Positions 55,963 through 63,291 of a stretch of 64,000 nt of DNA are shown piece after piece; the stretch's first letter is position 1; each line of letters opens with the position of its first letter. A program made the position numbers and the translations under genes. Source of the DNA: a virus (Duplodnaviria > Heunggongvirae > Uroviricota > Caudoviricetes); IMG/VR virus record IMGVR_UViG_3300037467_003075, positions 1 through 64,000 of that record. The stretch is one strand, 5' to 3'. The notes under the pieces were generated by a model. That model worked only from the letters and a program-made list of their open reading frames with translations, was not told the DNA's origin and searched no databases.

Positions 55963-56238
55963 GTGTACACTTATTCTTCAAGTTCAATCAGAGACGCTAA
56001 TCGAGCTACAGCTACTACAACAGATCAAGCAATTACACCAATAGAGAGTTTTACACATATTAGCATCTACAATGAGGGAACAACAGAACTTAGAGTGAGC
56101 GTAAATAAAAGCTCTGCGACTGGCGGAAAAATTATTTTTGTTCCAGCTGGTCAAGCATTTGAAGACAACATACTAGGGGAATCATTGCATTATTCAACAG
56201 CAAGTGGAACGACATCATTTTTATATGTATTAAGATAA
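55963..56238 (+). CDS. hypothetical protein
   Basis: 91 aa; RBS AAAGGAGG. Confidence 0.35.
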   Translation: MYTYSSSSIRDANRATATTTDQAITPIESFTHISIYNEGTTELRVSVNKSSATGGKIIFVPAGQAFEDNILGESLHYSTASGTTSFLYVLR

Positions 56239-56256
56239 GAAGGAGGTATTTAATAA

Positions 56257-57540
56257 ATGGGATGGAAATCAAGTGGTGGAGGAAGCAGTTACTCACCAGA
56301 CAATAAAACAACGCTTGATAAACTGAGTGAAGCGAACGGAAGACCTACATTCAGTGGACAAAATCTTGCGTTTCTATCTGATGCTGGTGGCGGTTCATTG
56401 GCACTACCAGCAGGAGCAGGAACAGCGGTAGTGATGGGCGACTCAATATCACAGAGTGGCTCAGATGACTCAACAGGGTTTATGCGTCCTAGTTGGTTCA
56501 ATATTGCATGTATCAAGAGTAACCAGAGACTGCTTTATGTGAAAAACTCAGCCATAGCGGGACAAAGAACAGACAATATGGTAGCAAGATTTGATACTGA
56601 TGTAATTGCGTATCATCCAAGATACTGCTTCATTATGGGCGGAACAAATGATTTATCATCTGGTCTAAACGGTATTCCAGCTGGAAGTACGCCAGAAACA
56701 TTAAGAGCGAATATCGACTGGATGGTTACAAGATGCAAAGACAATAATATTATTCCTATTCTCTGTACTATTCCGCCTCGCGACGATAACACGATTCCTA
56801 ATATTTATACACTAACAAATTCCTATAACTTGTGGCTTAAAAAGTACGGCGCAAAAAATGGAGTTATGGTAATTGATATGTATTCTATAATCGTAGACCC
56901 TGCGACAGGCAAGTATAAAACAGGATTCGGAGTAGACGGCATTCACCCTAATTACAATGGATTGACATTAATGGGTGATCTAGTAGTAGCACAAATGAAC
57001 AGTATCCTTCCTGCATATGGCCCCTATCTTTCCTACAGCAATATAGACCCCATCAATATGCTTACCAACGGATGCTTTACTGGAACCGTAACAAACGGAG
57101 TGCCAGCTGGATGGACTGCAAACAATACTGCTGTAGTAACTAATACTGTAGTGACTGATGCCGTAGCAGTAGGAAGTATGGCTCGTATTCAGAAAGCTGG
57201 TTCTGGTATTGGCTCATTGGCGCAGACAATCTCAACAGGATTCTCTGTCGGGGATAAAATTATGTTCGCGGGAAAGATAAAAACAATAAGTCTAAATGAT
57301 CTATCATTGTCACATGATGTTACCCTTACATTTGATGGTTCTACGGGGCCAGTAAAACTACAGCCTATTGCACAATTCCAAAATAACATCAATAACGGTG
57401 GCACATGGTTCGGTCAATTCACTGTTCCAGCAGGAACAACGAGTATGACAGTATCGTTAAACTTAAATGCTGGTGACGGAACTGTACAATATGGTCAAGT
57501 AACAGTAGTAAACTTAACTACACAGGAAGCAGACCTGTAA
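56257..57540 (+). CDS. SGNH/GDSL hydrolase with C-terminal beta-rich domain
   Basis: VVMGDSISQSG (GDSx block I), GGTND block III, C-terminal T/N/G-rich region; terminator follows. Confidence 0.55.
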   Translation: MGWKSSGGGSSYSPDNKTTLDKLSEANGRPTFSGQNLAFLSDAGGGSLALPAGAGTAVVMGDSISQSGSDDSTGFMRPSWFNIACIKSNQRLLYVKNSAIAGQRTDNMVARFDTDVIAYHPRYCFIMGGTNDLSSGLNGIPAGSTPETLRANIDWMVTRCKDNNIIPILCTIPPRDDNTIPNIYTLTNSYNLWLKKYGAKNGVMVIDMYSIIVDPATGKYKTGFGVDGIHPNYNGLTLMGDLVVAQMNSILPAYGPYLSYSNIDPINMLTNGCFTGTVTNGVPAGWTANNTAVVTNTVVTDAVAVGSMARIQKAGSGIGSLAQTISTGFSVGDKIMFAGKIKTISLNDLSLSHDVTLTFDGSTGPVKLQPIAQFQNNINNGGTWFGQFTVPAGTTSMTVSLNLNAGDGTVQYGQVTVVNLTTQEADL

Positions 57541-57546
57541 AATGAA

Positions 57547-57597
57547 AAAGAGCATGGTTGAAAATTATATTCAACTACGCTCTTTATTTTTTACGTG
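57547..57597 (+). terminator. rho-independent terminator after the SGNH hydrolase gene
   Basis: Imperfect 13-bp stem (GAGCATGGTTGAA ... TTCAACTACGCTC) followed by TTTATTTTTT. Confidence 0.45.
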
Positions 57598-57669
57598 GCG
57601 AAGGTTAGACGAATCGAACGCCTATCGACAGGGTTGGAATCTGCCGTGTTACCATTACACTAAACCCCC
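57596..57669 (-). tRNA. tRNA-Trp (anticodon CCA)
   Basis: Cloverleaf read by hand: acceptor GGGGGTT/AACCTTC, D stem GTGT/ACAC, anticodon loop TTCCAAC, T arm AGGCG-TTCGATT-CGTCT, encoded CCA. One A-C mismatch in the anticodon stem. Confidence 0.5.
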
Positions 57670-57677
57670 CAATAATA

Positions 57678-57750
57678 TACGCCCACAAGGTGAATTGAAC
57701 ACCTAATTACGACTTAGAAGGTCGTTGTTATATCCTTTTAACTATGCAGG
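57678..57750 (-). tRNA. tRNA-like fragment (Arg-TCT-like anticodon arm and T arm; no pairing acceptor)
   Basis: ACGAC-CTTCTAA-GTCGT and AGGTG-TTCAATT-CACCT are present, but the 5' acceptor strand is missing. Confidence 0.25.
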
Positions 57751-57823
57751 CAAACGTGCGGAGAGCTAGGTAACTCTCCATATTAAATGTATGAGAAGGT
57801 AGCATATGAAATGCAATCACACG

Positions 57824-57898
57824 TGGTGCAGGGCAGGGTAGTCGAAACCCTATCATCTGAGTGGAAGTCAGATATCATATCCATTAGACCAGCCCCAC
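57824..57898 (-). tRNA. tRNA-Gly (anticodon TCC)
   Basis: Acceptor GTGGGGC/GCCCTGC, anticodon arm TCTGA-CTTCCAC-TCAGA, T arm AGGGT-TTCGACT-ACCCT, CCA. Confidence 0.55.
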
Positions 57899-58273
57899 AT
57901 ATTTAATTACTGAATCATAAACCATTCATTTTTATGGTTATCTTTGTTGTTTGCATATATTTCGTTTGCTGTATCAAGCATGTAGCCATCTGTTATAGCT
58001 TTCAGTATTCCCTTTGTTTCTTTGCACATATTAATATCGTCCCAAGTAAGGCCAATAAGCTTATTCATTGCTTCTTTCTGCCCTTCTGTTCCATATATAT
58101 TAATAATATGCAAACATTTCTGTAAATCATGAACCATAACAACTACCTCCATATATAATTTATATACGTATCTATGGGCGGAGCTTCTTTTTATAGTGGT
58201 TAGCTTTTTAAACTATGCCGCCCTATAAAACCACTGTGTGCACTATGTTCCCACTAAGGAGTGCGTTATACGT

Positions 58274-58347
58274 TGGTGTGGACAGTGGGGATTGAACCCA
58301 CACCCTAACGTTGGCAACGTCAAGTTCTTCCATTAAACTATGTCCAC
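58274..58347 (-). tRNA. tRNA-Gly (anticodon GCC)
   Basis: Acceptor GTGGACA/TGTCCAC, anticodon loop TTGCCAA, T arm GTGGG-TTCAATC-CCCAC, CCA. Confidence 0.6.
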
Positions 58348-58534
58348 ATAATACGGGTGGCTCCCTCCGAACCTTAATACGACCACCCCATGCAACCTAC
58401 ATAGGAGAATATTTTCGGTTGCACACCCTGGCTGTCTTTTGCTTATTTCGCGGCTCCTATAATGACTAGATAAGCAGTACCAGCTTAATGTCCGTTTTTA
58501 TTAAGGGATTAAACGGAGCCGAAATCAACCGATG

Positions 58535-58600
58535 CAAGGGGACGGATTCGAACCATCTAGTCGCGCACTAAGCCCTCCGTTTGGACTTCCCTTACGTGTG
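58535..58600 (-). tRNA. tRNA-like element, atypical (about 63 nt, no clear D arm)
   Basis: T arm GATGG-TTCGAAT-CCGTC and acceptor GTAAGGG/CCCTTGC are present, but the region is too short for a canonical cloverleaf. An adjacent 50-nt hairpin lies at 58598-58650. Confidence 0.25.
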
Positions 58601-58665
58601 CTTGTTTTTCTAAGTCGGCATCTCGCCTCTGAGAGGATAAAACAAGCAAAACCCAGTGATTAACG

Positions 58666-58761
58666 TGGTACAGGAGGAGGGACTCGAACCCACAGCCGCG
58701 CACTAATCTGGTGCATACGAGAGGTATAAGCTCTCCGCTCTGCCAATTGAGCTACTCCTGC
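58666..58761 (-). tRNA. long (96 nt) tRNA-like gene with about 25-nt variable region, anticodon TAT
   Basis: Acceptor GCAGGAG/CTCCTGT, D arm GCTC-AATTGGCA-GAGC, anticodon arm GAGAG-CTTATAC-CTCTC, T arm GTGGG-TTCGAGT-CCCTC, CCA. Confidence 0.4.
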
Positions 58762-58765
58762 ATAT

Positions 58766-58841
58766 TGGATGCCGAATGAGGGAATCGAACCCCCAATAGA
58801 AGATTACAAATCTACTGTTATTCCATTTAACTAATTCGGCA
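58766..58841 (-). tRNA. tRNA-Thr (anticodon TGT)
   Basis: Acceptor TGCCGAA/TTCGGCA, anticodon loop TTTGTAA (one stem mismatch), T arm GGGGG-TTCGATT-CCCTC, CCA. Confidence 0.5.
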
Positions 58842-58912
58842 TATATCAATCGGCATTTATCGGTTGCCTAATCACCGACCCTTTTCCATATATGAAGGAT
58901 GAAACTACGTTA

Positions 58913-58987
58913 TGGTAGGGAATAAGGGAATCGAACCCTTGCCCCAAGCTCCCAAAGCCCGTGTTCTAACCATTATACTAATTCCCT
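58913..58987 (-). tRNA. tRNA-Pro (anticodon TGG)
   Basis: Acceptor AGGGAAT/ATTCCCT, anticodon arm CGGGC-TTTGGGA-GCTTG, T arm AAGGG-TTCGATT-CCCTT, CCA. Confidence 0.5.
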
Positions 58988-59156
58988 ATAAATAATATAG
59001 CTGTCACTCTTGCCAACATCGTATCAGTTGGTGATAAGTTAGCAGTATAGCCTAGATGTTCAGCACTACTAACGCTTTACCCTTTTCCAATGTGACAGGA
59101 TACAGGACGCAACATCCTCCTGAATCGTCGGTAAATCCCTTTAGCTATATTACGTT

Positions 59157-59234
59157 TGGTCGGGAAGGTGAGAGTCAAACTCACAGTTGTACAAGGTTTG
59201 AGCTTGTTGCGTCTGCCTATTCCGCCACAACCCG
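59157..59234 (-). tRNA. tRNA-like, short variable arm, anticodon CAA (Leu codon UUG); two T-T mismatches in acceptor stem
   Basis: Anticodon arm ACAAG-CTCAAAC-CTTGT (perfect stem), T arm GTGAG-TTTGACT-CTCAC, CCA. Confidence 0.35.
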
Positions 59235-59238
59235 ATAA

Positions 59239-59324
59239 TACCGCCAAGGAGACTCGAACTCCTACGCCCAATTAAGAGCAGCAGATTTTAAATCTGCTTT
59301 GTCTACCGATTCCATCATGGCGGC
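59239..59324 (-). tRNA. tRNA-Leu (anticodon TAA), type II
   Basis: Anticodon arm GCAGA-TTTAAAA-TCTGC, long variable arm, T arm GGAG-TTCGAGT-CTCC, acceptor GCCGCCA/TGGCGGT. Confidence 0.55.
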
Positions 59325-59504
59325 AAAGAATACAGAATACACTTGCTTGCGCTTCCCGCGCTTAAAATTTGTGTTACGTGAGAGCATCCATGCCAACTAT
59401 GCACTTAGGTACGCCTACCACATAACTTCGTCAAGTTATCATGCATGTTGGACACTTACTGGACACTCATTGTTCCGCATTACACGGTTGTAATCAAGAC
59501 GCTC

Positions 59505-59580
59505 AAATTAGTTGGGACTCGAACCCAAAAGGACTTTTTGGAAGAAAGTTTGCTAGCCATTAGCACTGTATTTGTTTTGC
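59505..59580 (-). tRNA. tRNA-like, degenerate (Gly-TCC-like anticodon arm; acceptor pairs poorly)
   Basis: ACTTT-CTTCCAA-AAAGT and TTGGG-TTCGAGT-CCCAA are present; only 4 of 7 acceptor pairs form. Confidence 0.25.
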
Positions 59581-59647
59581 TGTAAGCGTCTTACGTTCTT
59601 ATATTATTATTATATTACATTTCCTTGATTTTGTCAAGGGTAAAACG

Positions 59648-59738
59648 TGGCGGGTGGCGAGGGATTTGAACCCCCACAGGCTATCAACCCTTAAGCGCTT
59701 TTCAAGAGCGCCCCCTTACCAGATTCGGACAGCCACCC
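59648..59738 (-). tRNA. tRNA-Ser (anticodon TGA), type II
   Basis: Acceptor GGGTGGC/GCCACCC, anticodon arm GCGCT-CTTGAAA-AGCGC, long variable arm, T loop TTCAAAT, CCA. Confidence 0.6.
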
Positions 59739-59741
59739 ATT

Positions 59742-59820
59742 TGGAGAGCAAGATCGGACTCGAACCGACGAATAATAGCGATTTTGCAGATCGCCGCGTT
59801 TGCCTCTTCGCCACTTGCTC
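59742..59820 (-). tRNA. tRNA-Cys (anticodon GCA)
   Basis: Acceptor GAGCAAG/CTTGCTC, anticodon arm GCGAT-CTGCAAA-ATCGC, T arm GTCGG-TTCGAGT-CCGAT, CCA. Confidence 0.55.
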
Positions 59821-59882
59821 CATAATAATTCAAGGCACATTTTAATTAGCTTCTCCCCCATAGTAAAAGGTTTTTAAATAAT

Positions 59883-59950
59883 GGCGGGGGAGCTTGGAAT
59901 TGAACCAAGTATCTTCTGTTTACAATACAGACGCTTCACCTATTAGGTAA
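59883..59950 (-). tRNA. tRNA-like 3' fragment (Thr-TGT-like anticodon arm, T arm and CCA; no 5' acceptor strand)
   Basis: TCTGT-ATTGTAA-ACAGA; CTTGG-TTCAATT-CCAAG; CTCCCCC-G-CCA with no matching GGGGGAG upstream. Confidence 0.25.
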
Positions 59951-59974
59951 GTTTTGCTGTGAGTGCCTTACGTT

Positions 59975-60014
59975 AGGAGAGGACTTAGCAAACCTCTCCA
60001 AGCTAAGTTTTTTC
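59975..60014 (+). terminator. terminator-like hairpin plus T6 inside the tRNA array (plus orientation)
   Basis: GGAGAGG-acttagcaaa-CCTCTCC ... AGCTAAGTTTTTT. Confidence 0.3.
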
Positions 60015-60082
60015 GGCGGACAACAAGGGAAAACAGCTATTAGTTTTATTACCTACAAAACCTTGTTATAGTATCCGCAACG

Positions 60083-60158
60083 TGGTACCCTCGGTCAGAG
60101 TCGAACTGACACTGTATGCGTTCTAAGCGCATCTTCTCTGCCATTGGAATACGAGGGC
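60083..60158 (-). tRNA. tRNA, standard 76-nt type-I scaffold but anticodon TAG (Leu codon CUA)
   Basis: Acceptor GCCCTCG/CGAGGGT, anticodon arm ATGCG-CTTAGAA-CGCAT, variable CAGT, T arm GTCAG-TTCGACT-CTGAC, CCA. Confidence 0.45.
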
Positions 60159-60159
60159 A

Positions 60160-60245
60160 TGGTACCAGTTGATGGAGTCGAACCACCCGAGCCGTTAGAC
60201 AACAGATTTACAGTCTGTCCCGCTTCCTCTACGGTATAAACTGGC
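60160..60245 (-). tRNA. tRNA-Tyr (anticodon GTA), type II
   Basis: Acceptor GCCAGTT/AACTGGT, anticodon arm ACAGA-CTGTAAA-TCTGT, long variable arm, CCA; 1 nt from the previous tRNA. Confidence 0.55.
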
Positions 60246-60351
60246 ATGTTATTAAACTAGGCGCGATAGTAACTTTGTTACTCATTTACAGTATACTAAT
60301 ATCAAATTTAGGTTTGTGTGTATTGTGTTGCTGTGTGCGCCTAACGTGGTA

Positions 60352-60425
60352 TGGACAGTGACAGATTCGAACTGCCAACGCTGAGTGCTTCAAACTCACG
60401 CTCTACCAATTGGAGCTAACTGTTC
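60352..60425 (-). tRNA. tRNA-Phe (anticodon GAA)
   Basis: GAACAGT-TA-GCTC-CAATTGGTA-GAGC, anticodon arm TGAGT-TTGAAGC-ACTCA, T arm GGCAG-TTCGAAT-CTGTC. Confidence 0.55.
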
Positions 60426-60599
60426 ATATTAATTTCATCTTCTTCATTATCTTCGTAATCTTTTGTGAACCCGAAGAAGCATTCATTTCGACTTTCTAGC
60501 CACTGAATAAAATCGTTTAGCCATTCATCCATTGTCTTTTCTGTATTAACAGCACCATTAATTGTTACCCATTTTTCCATGATTTTTTATCTCCCTTAC
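60426..60599 (-). CDS. small acidic protein; stop codon overlaps tRNA-Phe 5' end
   Basis: 57 aa (MEKWVTING...); RBS AGGGAGATAAAAAATC; the TAG stop falls within the GAACAGTTAGCTC tRNA start. Confidence 0.25.
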
Positions 60600-60600
60600 G

Positions 60601-60692
60601 TGGCGGACAGAATGGGATTCGAACCCATGCACGATTATTAGTCGCCTATTCCCTTAGCAGAGGAACCTCTTGAACCACTTGAGTATCTATCC
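60601..60692 (-). tRNA. tRNA-Ser (anticodon GCT), type II
   Basis: Acceptor GGATAGA/TCTGTCC, anticodon loop CTGCTAA, long variable arm, T arm ATGGG-TTCGAAT-CCCAT, CCA. Confidence 0.55.
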
Positions 60693-60836
60693 ATGATATT
60701 GTTTTTTAGCATAAAACAACCAAGAGTCATTTAACATTCTGATTTGTTCAATATCTTTCCTTTGAAAAGCTCTTGTTAGTTGATTTTTTTAACCATTGAG
60801 GCATTTTAATCACCTACGTTTTTTATTTAGGTTTTA

Positions 60837-60909
60837 TGGGGCGCACAGGAGTTGAACCTGCCTAGTACAGATTAAAAGTCTGTTGCATCTGCCGCTTTGC
60901 TAGCGCCCC
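60837..60909 (-). tRNA. tRNA-Lys (anticodon TTT)
   Basis: Acceptor GGGGCGC/GCGCCCC, anticodon arm ACAGA-CTTTTAA-TCTGT, T arm GCAGG-TTCAACT-CCTGT. Confidence 0.55.
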
Positions 60910-61250
60910 GTATTTTCAAATGCACAAGTTGGACATTTTTTAATGTAGCCAATATTGTGTTTAGTACAAACATATCCATTTCCTAGTTTCTTATCGCTTG
61001 TCTTTCGTTTCATTGTAGGCACTCCTTTTTGTTTTGCTGTCTTGCATGTTTTTTTAATCTTTTACTCATAACATAATTCTTTTGCAGATGCTTTGGGTGT
61101 TTACTTGACATGTCTCCACATAAACAACCTTTTTTACTGCATTTAACTCTGTCTTTTCTTTTTATTCCGTAGGGTTTCATTTGTTTTCCCTCCGTTGTTG
61201 TTTATATTATGATTATAATACATATACTTCTTTTTGTCAAGGAATAAATA

Positions 61251-61634
61251 TCAATTTATTTCAGAACTTTCTTCGACCCAACGACCATTTTCATCCTTTA
61301 CTTCAACCTTGATGTTTTTGGATTCCATTGATCTTTCTACTTGTTTTTCAATTGACTCTAGACCTTGTTTCTCCATCATAATTTCCGCTGTTTTACGCTT
61401 GTGCCAGTTCTGAAACTCTTTAGTTGCAACACAGCGCCTAAACGCCTCTGTGCGGTTTCTAGACTGCTCCCTGTGTTCTACGCTTTGTCCTACTGCTCCT
61501 GATTCAAGGTGAGTGAAACGAACGCCAGAGCTTGTCTTATTGACCTTTTGACCACCATTTCCAGGTGCGCGGAAAGTATCGATGCGAAAATCGTTTCTTG
61601 TTACTGAAAACAACAATTCTCTTCCCATCGCCAC
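61251..61634 (-). CDS. ArfB/ICT1-like peptidyl-tRNA hydrolase (class-I release-factor GGQ domain)
   Basis: GNGGQKVNKTSSGVRFTH parallels ArfB GAGGQHVNKTSTAIHLRF; basic C-terminal tail. Confidence 0.6.
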   Translation of the reverse strand: MAMGRELLFSVTRNDFRIDTFRAPGNGGQKVNKTSSGVRFTHLESGAVGQSVEHREQSRNRTEAFRRCVATKEFQNWHKRKTAEIMMEKQGLESIEKQVERSMESKNIKVEVKDENGRWVEESSEIN

Positions 61635-61718
61635 TACTCCTTAATTATTGTTTATGCGGTTTTGGCGAATCAGGTCGCCCGCTTATTTCCCTCTTTAAAC
61701 CAACCGCAAAGGAAACGT

Positions 61719-61795
61719 GGTTGCTACGCTACTGGAATTGAACCAGATTAACCCTAGCTTATGAAACTAGGTCGGATACTTACCCGCCGCCAGCT
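61719..61795 (-). tRNA. tRNA-like with CAT anticodon arm; acceptor stem does not pair (possible pseudo-tRNA)
   Basis: CTAGT-TTCATAA-GCTAG, T arm CTGG-TTCAATT-CCAG; no complementary acceptor strands. Confidence 0.3.
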
Positions 61796-61802
61796 ATAAT
61801 TT

Positions 61803-61877
61803 TGGTGGCTCTGGCAAGAATTGAACTTGCGACATACCGCTTATGAAACGGTTGTTCTCCCACTGAACTACAAAGCC
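61803..61877 (-). tRNA. tRNA-Met (anticodon CAT)
   Basis: Acceptor GGCTTTG/CAGAGCC, D arm TAGTTCAGTGGGAGAAC, anticodon arm ACCGT-TTCATAA-GCGGT, T arm GCAAG-TTCAATT-CTTGC, CCA. Confidence 0.6.
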
Positions 61878-62213
61878 ATTATTTTGATTTTCTACTTAAA
61901 ATATAATACTCAACTAACCAAAACGGAAGCAAGATGGCTCCAACAATAAACATAAGTATGACAAATAGTCCACTTTTAAATCTTTTGTCTTCTTCACTGT
62001 ATTCCCAAGCTTTGCCGAAAAAGTACCCGATAATTTTTCCTGTCATTATAGACCATCCTTTAAATTTTATCTAGCTTTTCCTTGAATTTTTCAACTCTTC
62101 TCGCGCCAGTTAAAATCCTTCTTTCTTCTACGCATGAAGCACAATTGCATATTTGCCTTTCAACTTTACGCTTTGGTTTGGGATAGATTAAATTTCTTAG
62201 CCATTCCATAAGA

Positions 62214-62435
62214 TTACTCCATCTCAAATTGCTTTAATGCTCTTAGGTAAGCATTGTTATAACAACCTTCAAACATTCTGTCTAATGCTTCCTTGTTGTT
62301 AGATAAGTCTTTTCTAATATGGCATTTAGCATATGGATAAACAACCTGATAATAACTAATTACCCTAATATCCCCAATTATCTCTTCTATTTTCTCAAGT
62401 GAAGAGCAAAACTCCTCAAATGATAGCTTATTCAT
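62214..62435 (-). CDS. hypothetical protein (trimmed; the longer ORF would overlap two tRNAs)
   Basis: ATG after GGAGGAAGG at 62435; the upstream extension would cover tRNA-Asp and tRNA-Ile. Confidence 0.35.
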   Translation of the reverse strand: MNKLSFEEFCSSLEKIEEIIGDIRVISYYQVVYPYAKCHIRKDLSNNKEALDRMFEGCYNNAYLRALKQFEME

Positions 62436-62464
62436 TAGTCCTTCCTCCACTTTAAAGATAGTTT

Positions 62465-62539
62465 TGGCGGCCCCAAGGAGAATTGAACTCCTGTCTGACG
62501 GCTGACAACCGACTGTAATATCCACTATACGATGGAGCC
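62465..62539 (-). tRNA. tRNA-Asp (anticodon GTC)
   Basis: Acceptor GGCTCCA/TGGGGCC, anticodon loop TTGTCAG (one T-T in stem), T arm AGGAG-TTCAATT-CTCCT, CCA. Confidence 0.5.
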
Positions 62540-62544
62540 ATATA

Positions 62545-62620
62545 TGGTAGGAGCGGCAAGAATTGAACTTGCATTGGGCGATTATCAGTCGCCTATTCTT
62601 CCATTGAATTACGCTCCAAT
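62545..62620 (-). tRNA. tRNA-Ile (anticodon GAT)
   Basis: D arm ATTC-AATGGAA-GAAT, anticodon arm GGCGA-CTGATAA-TCGCC, T arm GCAAG-TTCAATT-CTTGC, CCA; the 1-72 pair is mismatched. Confidence 0.55.
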
Positions 62621-62650
62621 AAAATAAAACCACAGATTATAGTAAGCTAT

Positions 62651-63106
62651 TTAGCTTATACACTTATCGGTTTCATACTCAATTTCCATGTGACAATTTA
62701 AACAAACAAGGATACATTTATCCAATTCTTCTTTTAGTTTGTCCCAAGATTTTGTTATTCCACTTGAAATATCAAAAGACTTTTCTTCTGGATTGACATG
62801 GTGAAAAGAAAGCGCCCTCTGACACTTATTGTACCCGCATATGCAACACTTTCCGCCTTTGTATTCTGTGGCCTTGTCTCTTAACTCTTGCCTTCTTCTT
62901 GCTACTTGTGCAACATTTTTCTTTATTTTTTGTTGCTTTCTTTCATCCTTTGGAATGTGCGGATTTTTACTTGTATTATGTTTTCCAAACGGGGAGCAGT
63001 CTAGGCAATATTTTCTATTTGCCAAATTCCTTGTTTTTCCATCAATGACTTTTGAATATGGTACTCGTTTTCCACATATTAAACATTCTCTTTTGTTGTT
63101 ACTCAT
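62651..63106 (-). CDS. HNH endonuclease with zinc ribbons
   Basis: CLICG...CLDC; SFHHVNPEEK...CLNCH (HNH motif). Confidence 0.55.
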   Translation of the reverse strand: MSNNKRECLICGKRVPYSKVIDGKTRNLANRKYCLDCSPFGKHNTSKNPHIPKDERKQQKIKKNVAQVARRRQELRDKATEYKGGKCCICGYNKCQRALSFHHVNPEEKSFDISSGITKSWDKLKEELDKCILVCLNCHMEIEYETDKCIS

Positions 63107-63291
63107 ATATATTCTCCTTAAAATTGGTTATATATGAATAACTTACTTATATAGCCTAATTGATGCTATATAATTGCACTTCCCTTATGCTATGTTCCAA
63201 TATTGGCTGGTGTTTTTTGATAAAGCAGAAAGAACCAGTTGATAAAACTGCTCGTTTTGCGTAGAGCGCAAGGAACGTTAAGTGGACTTAA

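Noticed and set aside
58350-58395. GGGTGG ... CCACCC hairpin as another tRNA
   Set aside because: It is only about 40 nt and has no D, anticodon or T-arm organisation.
62214-62633. 139-aa minus-strand ORF
   Set aside because: Its N-terminal 66 codons would cover tRNA-Asp and tRNA-Ile. It was trimmed to the internal ATG with an RBS at 62435.
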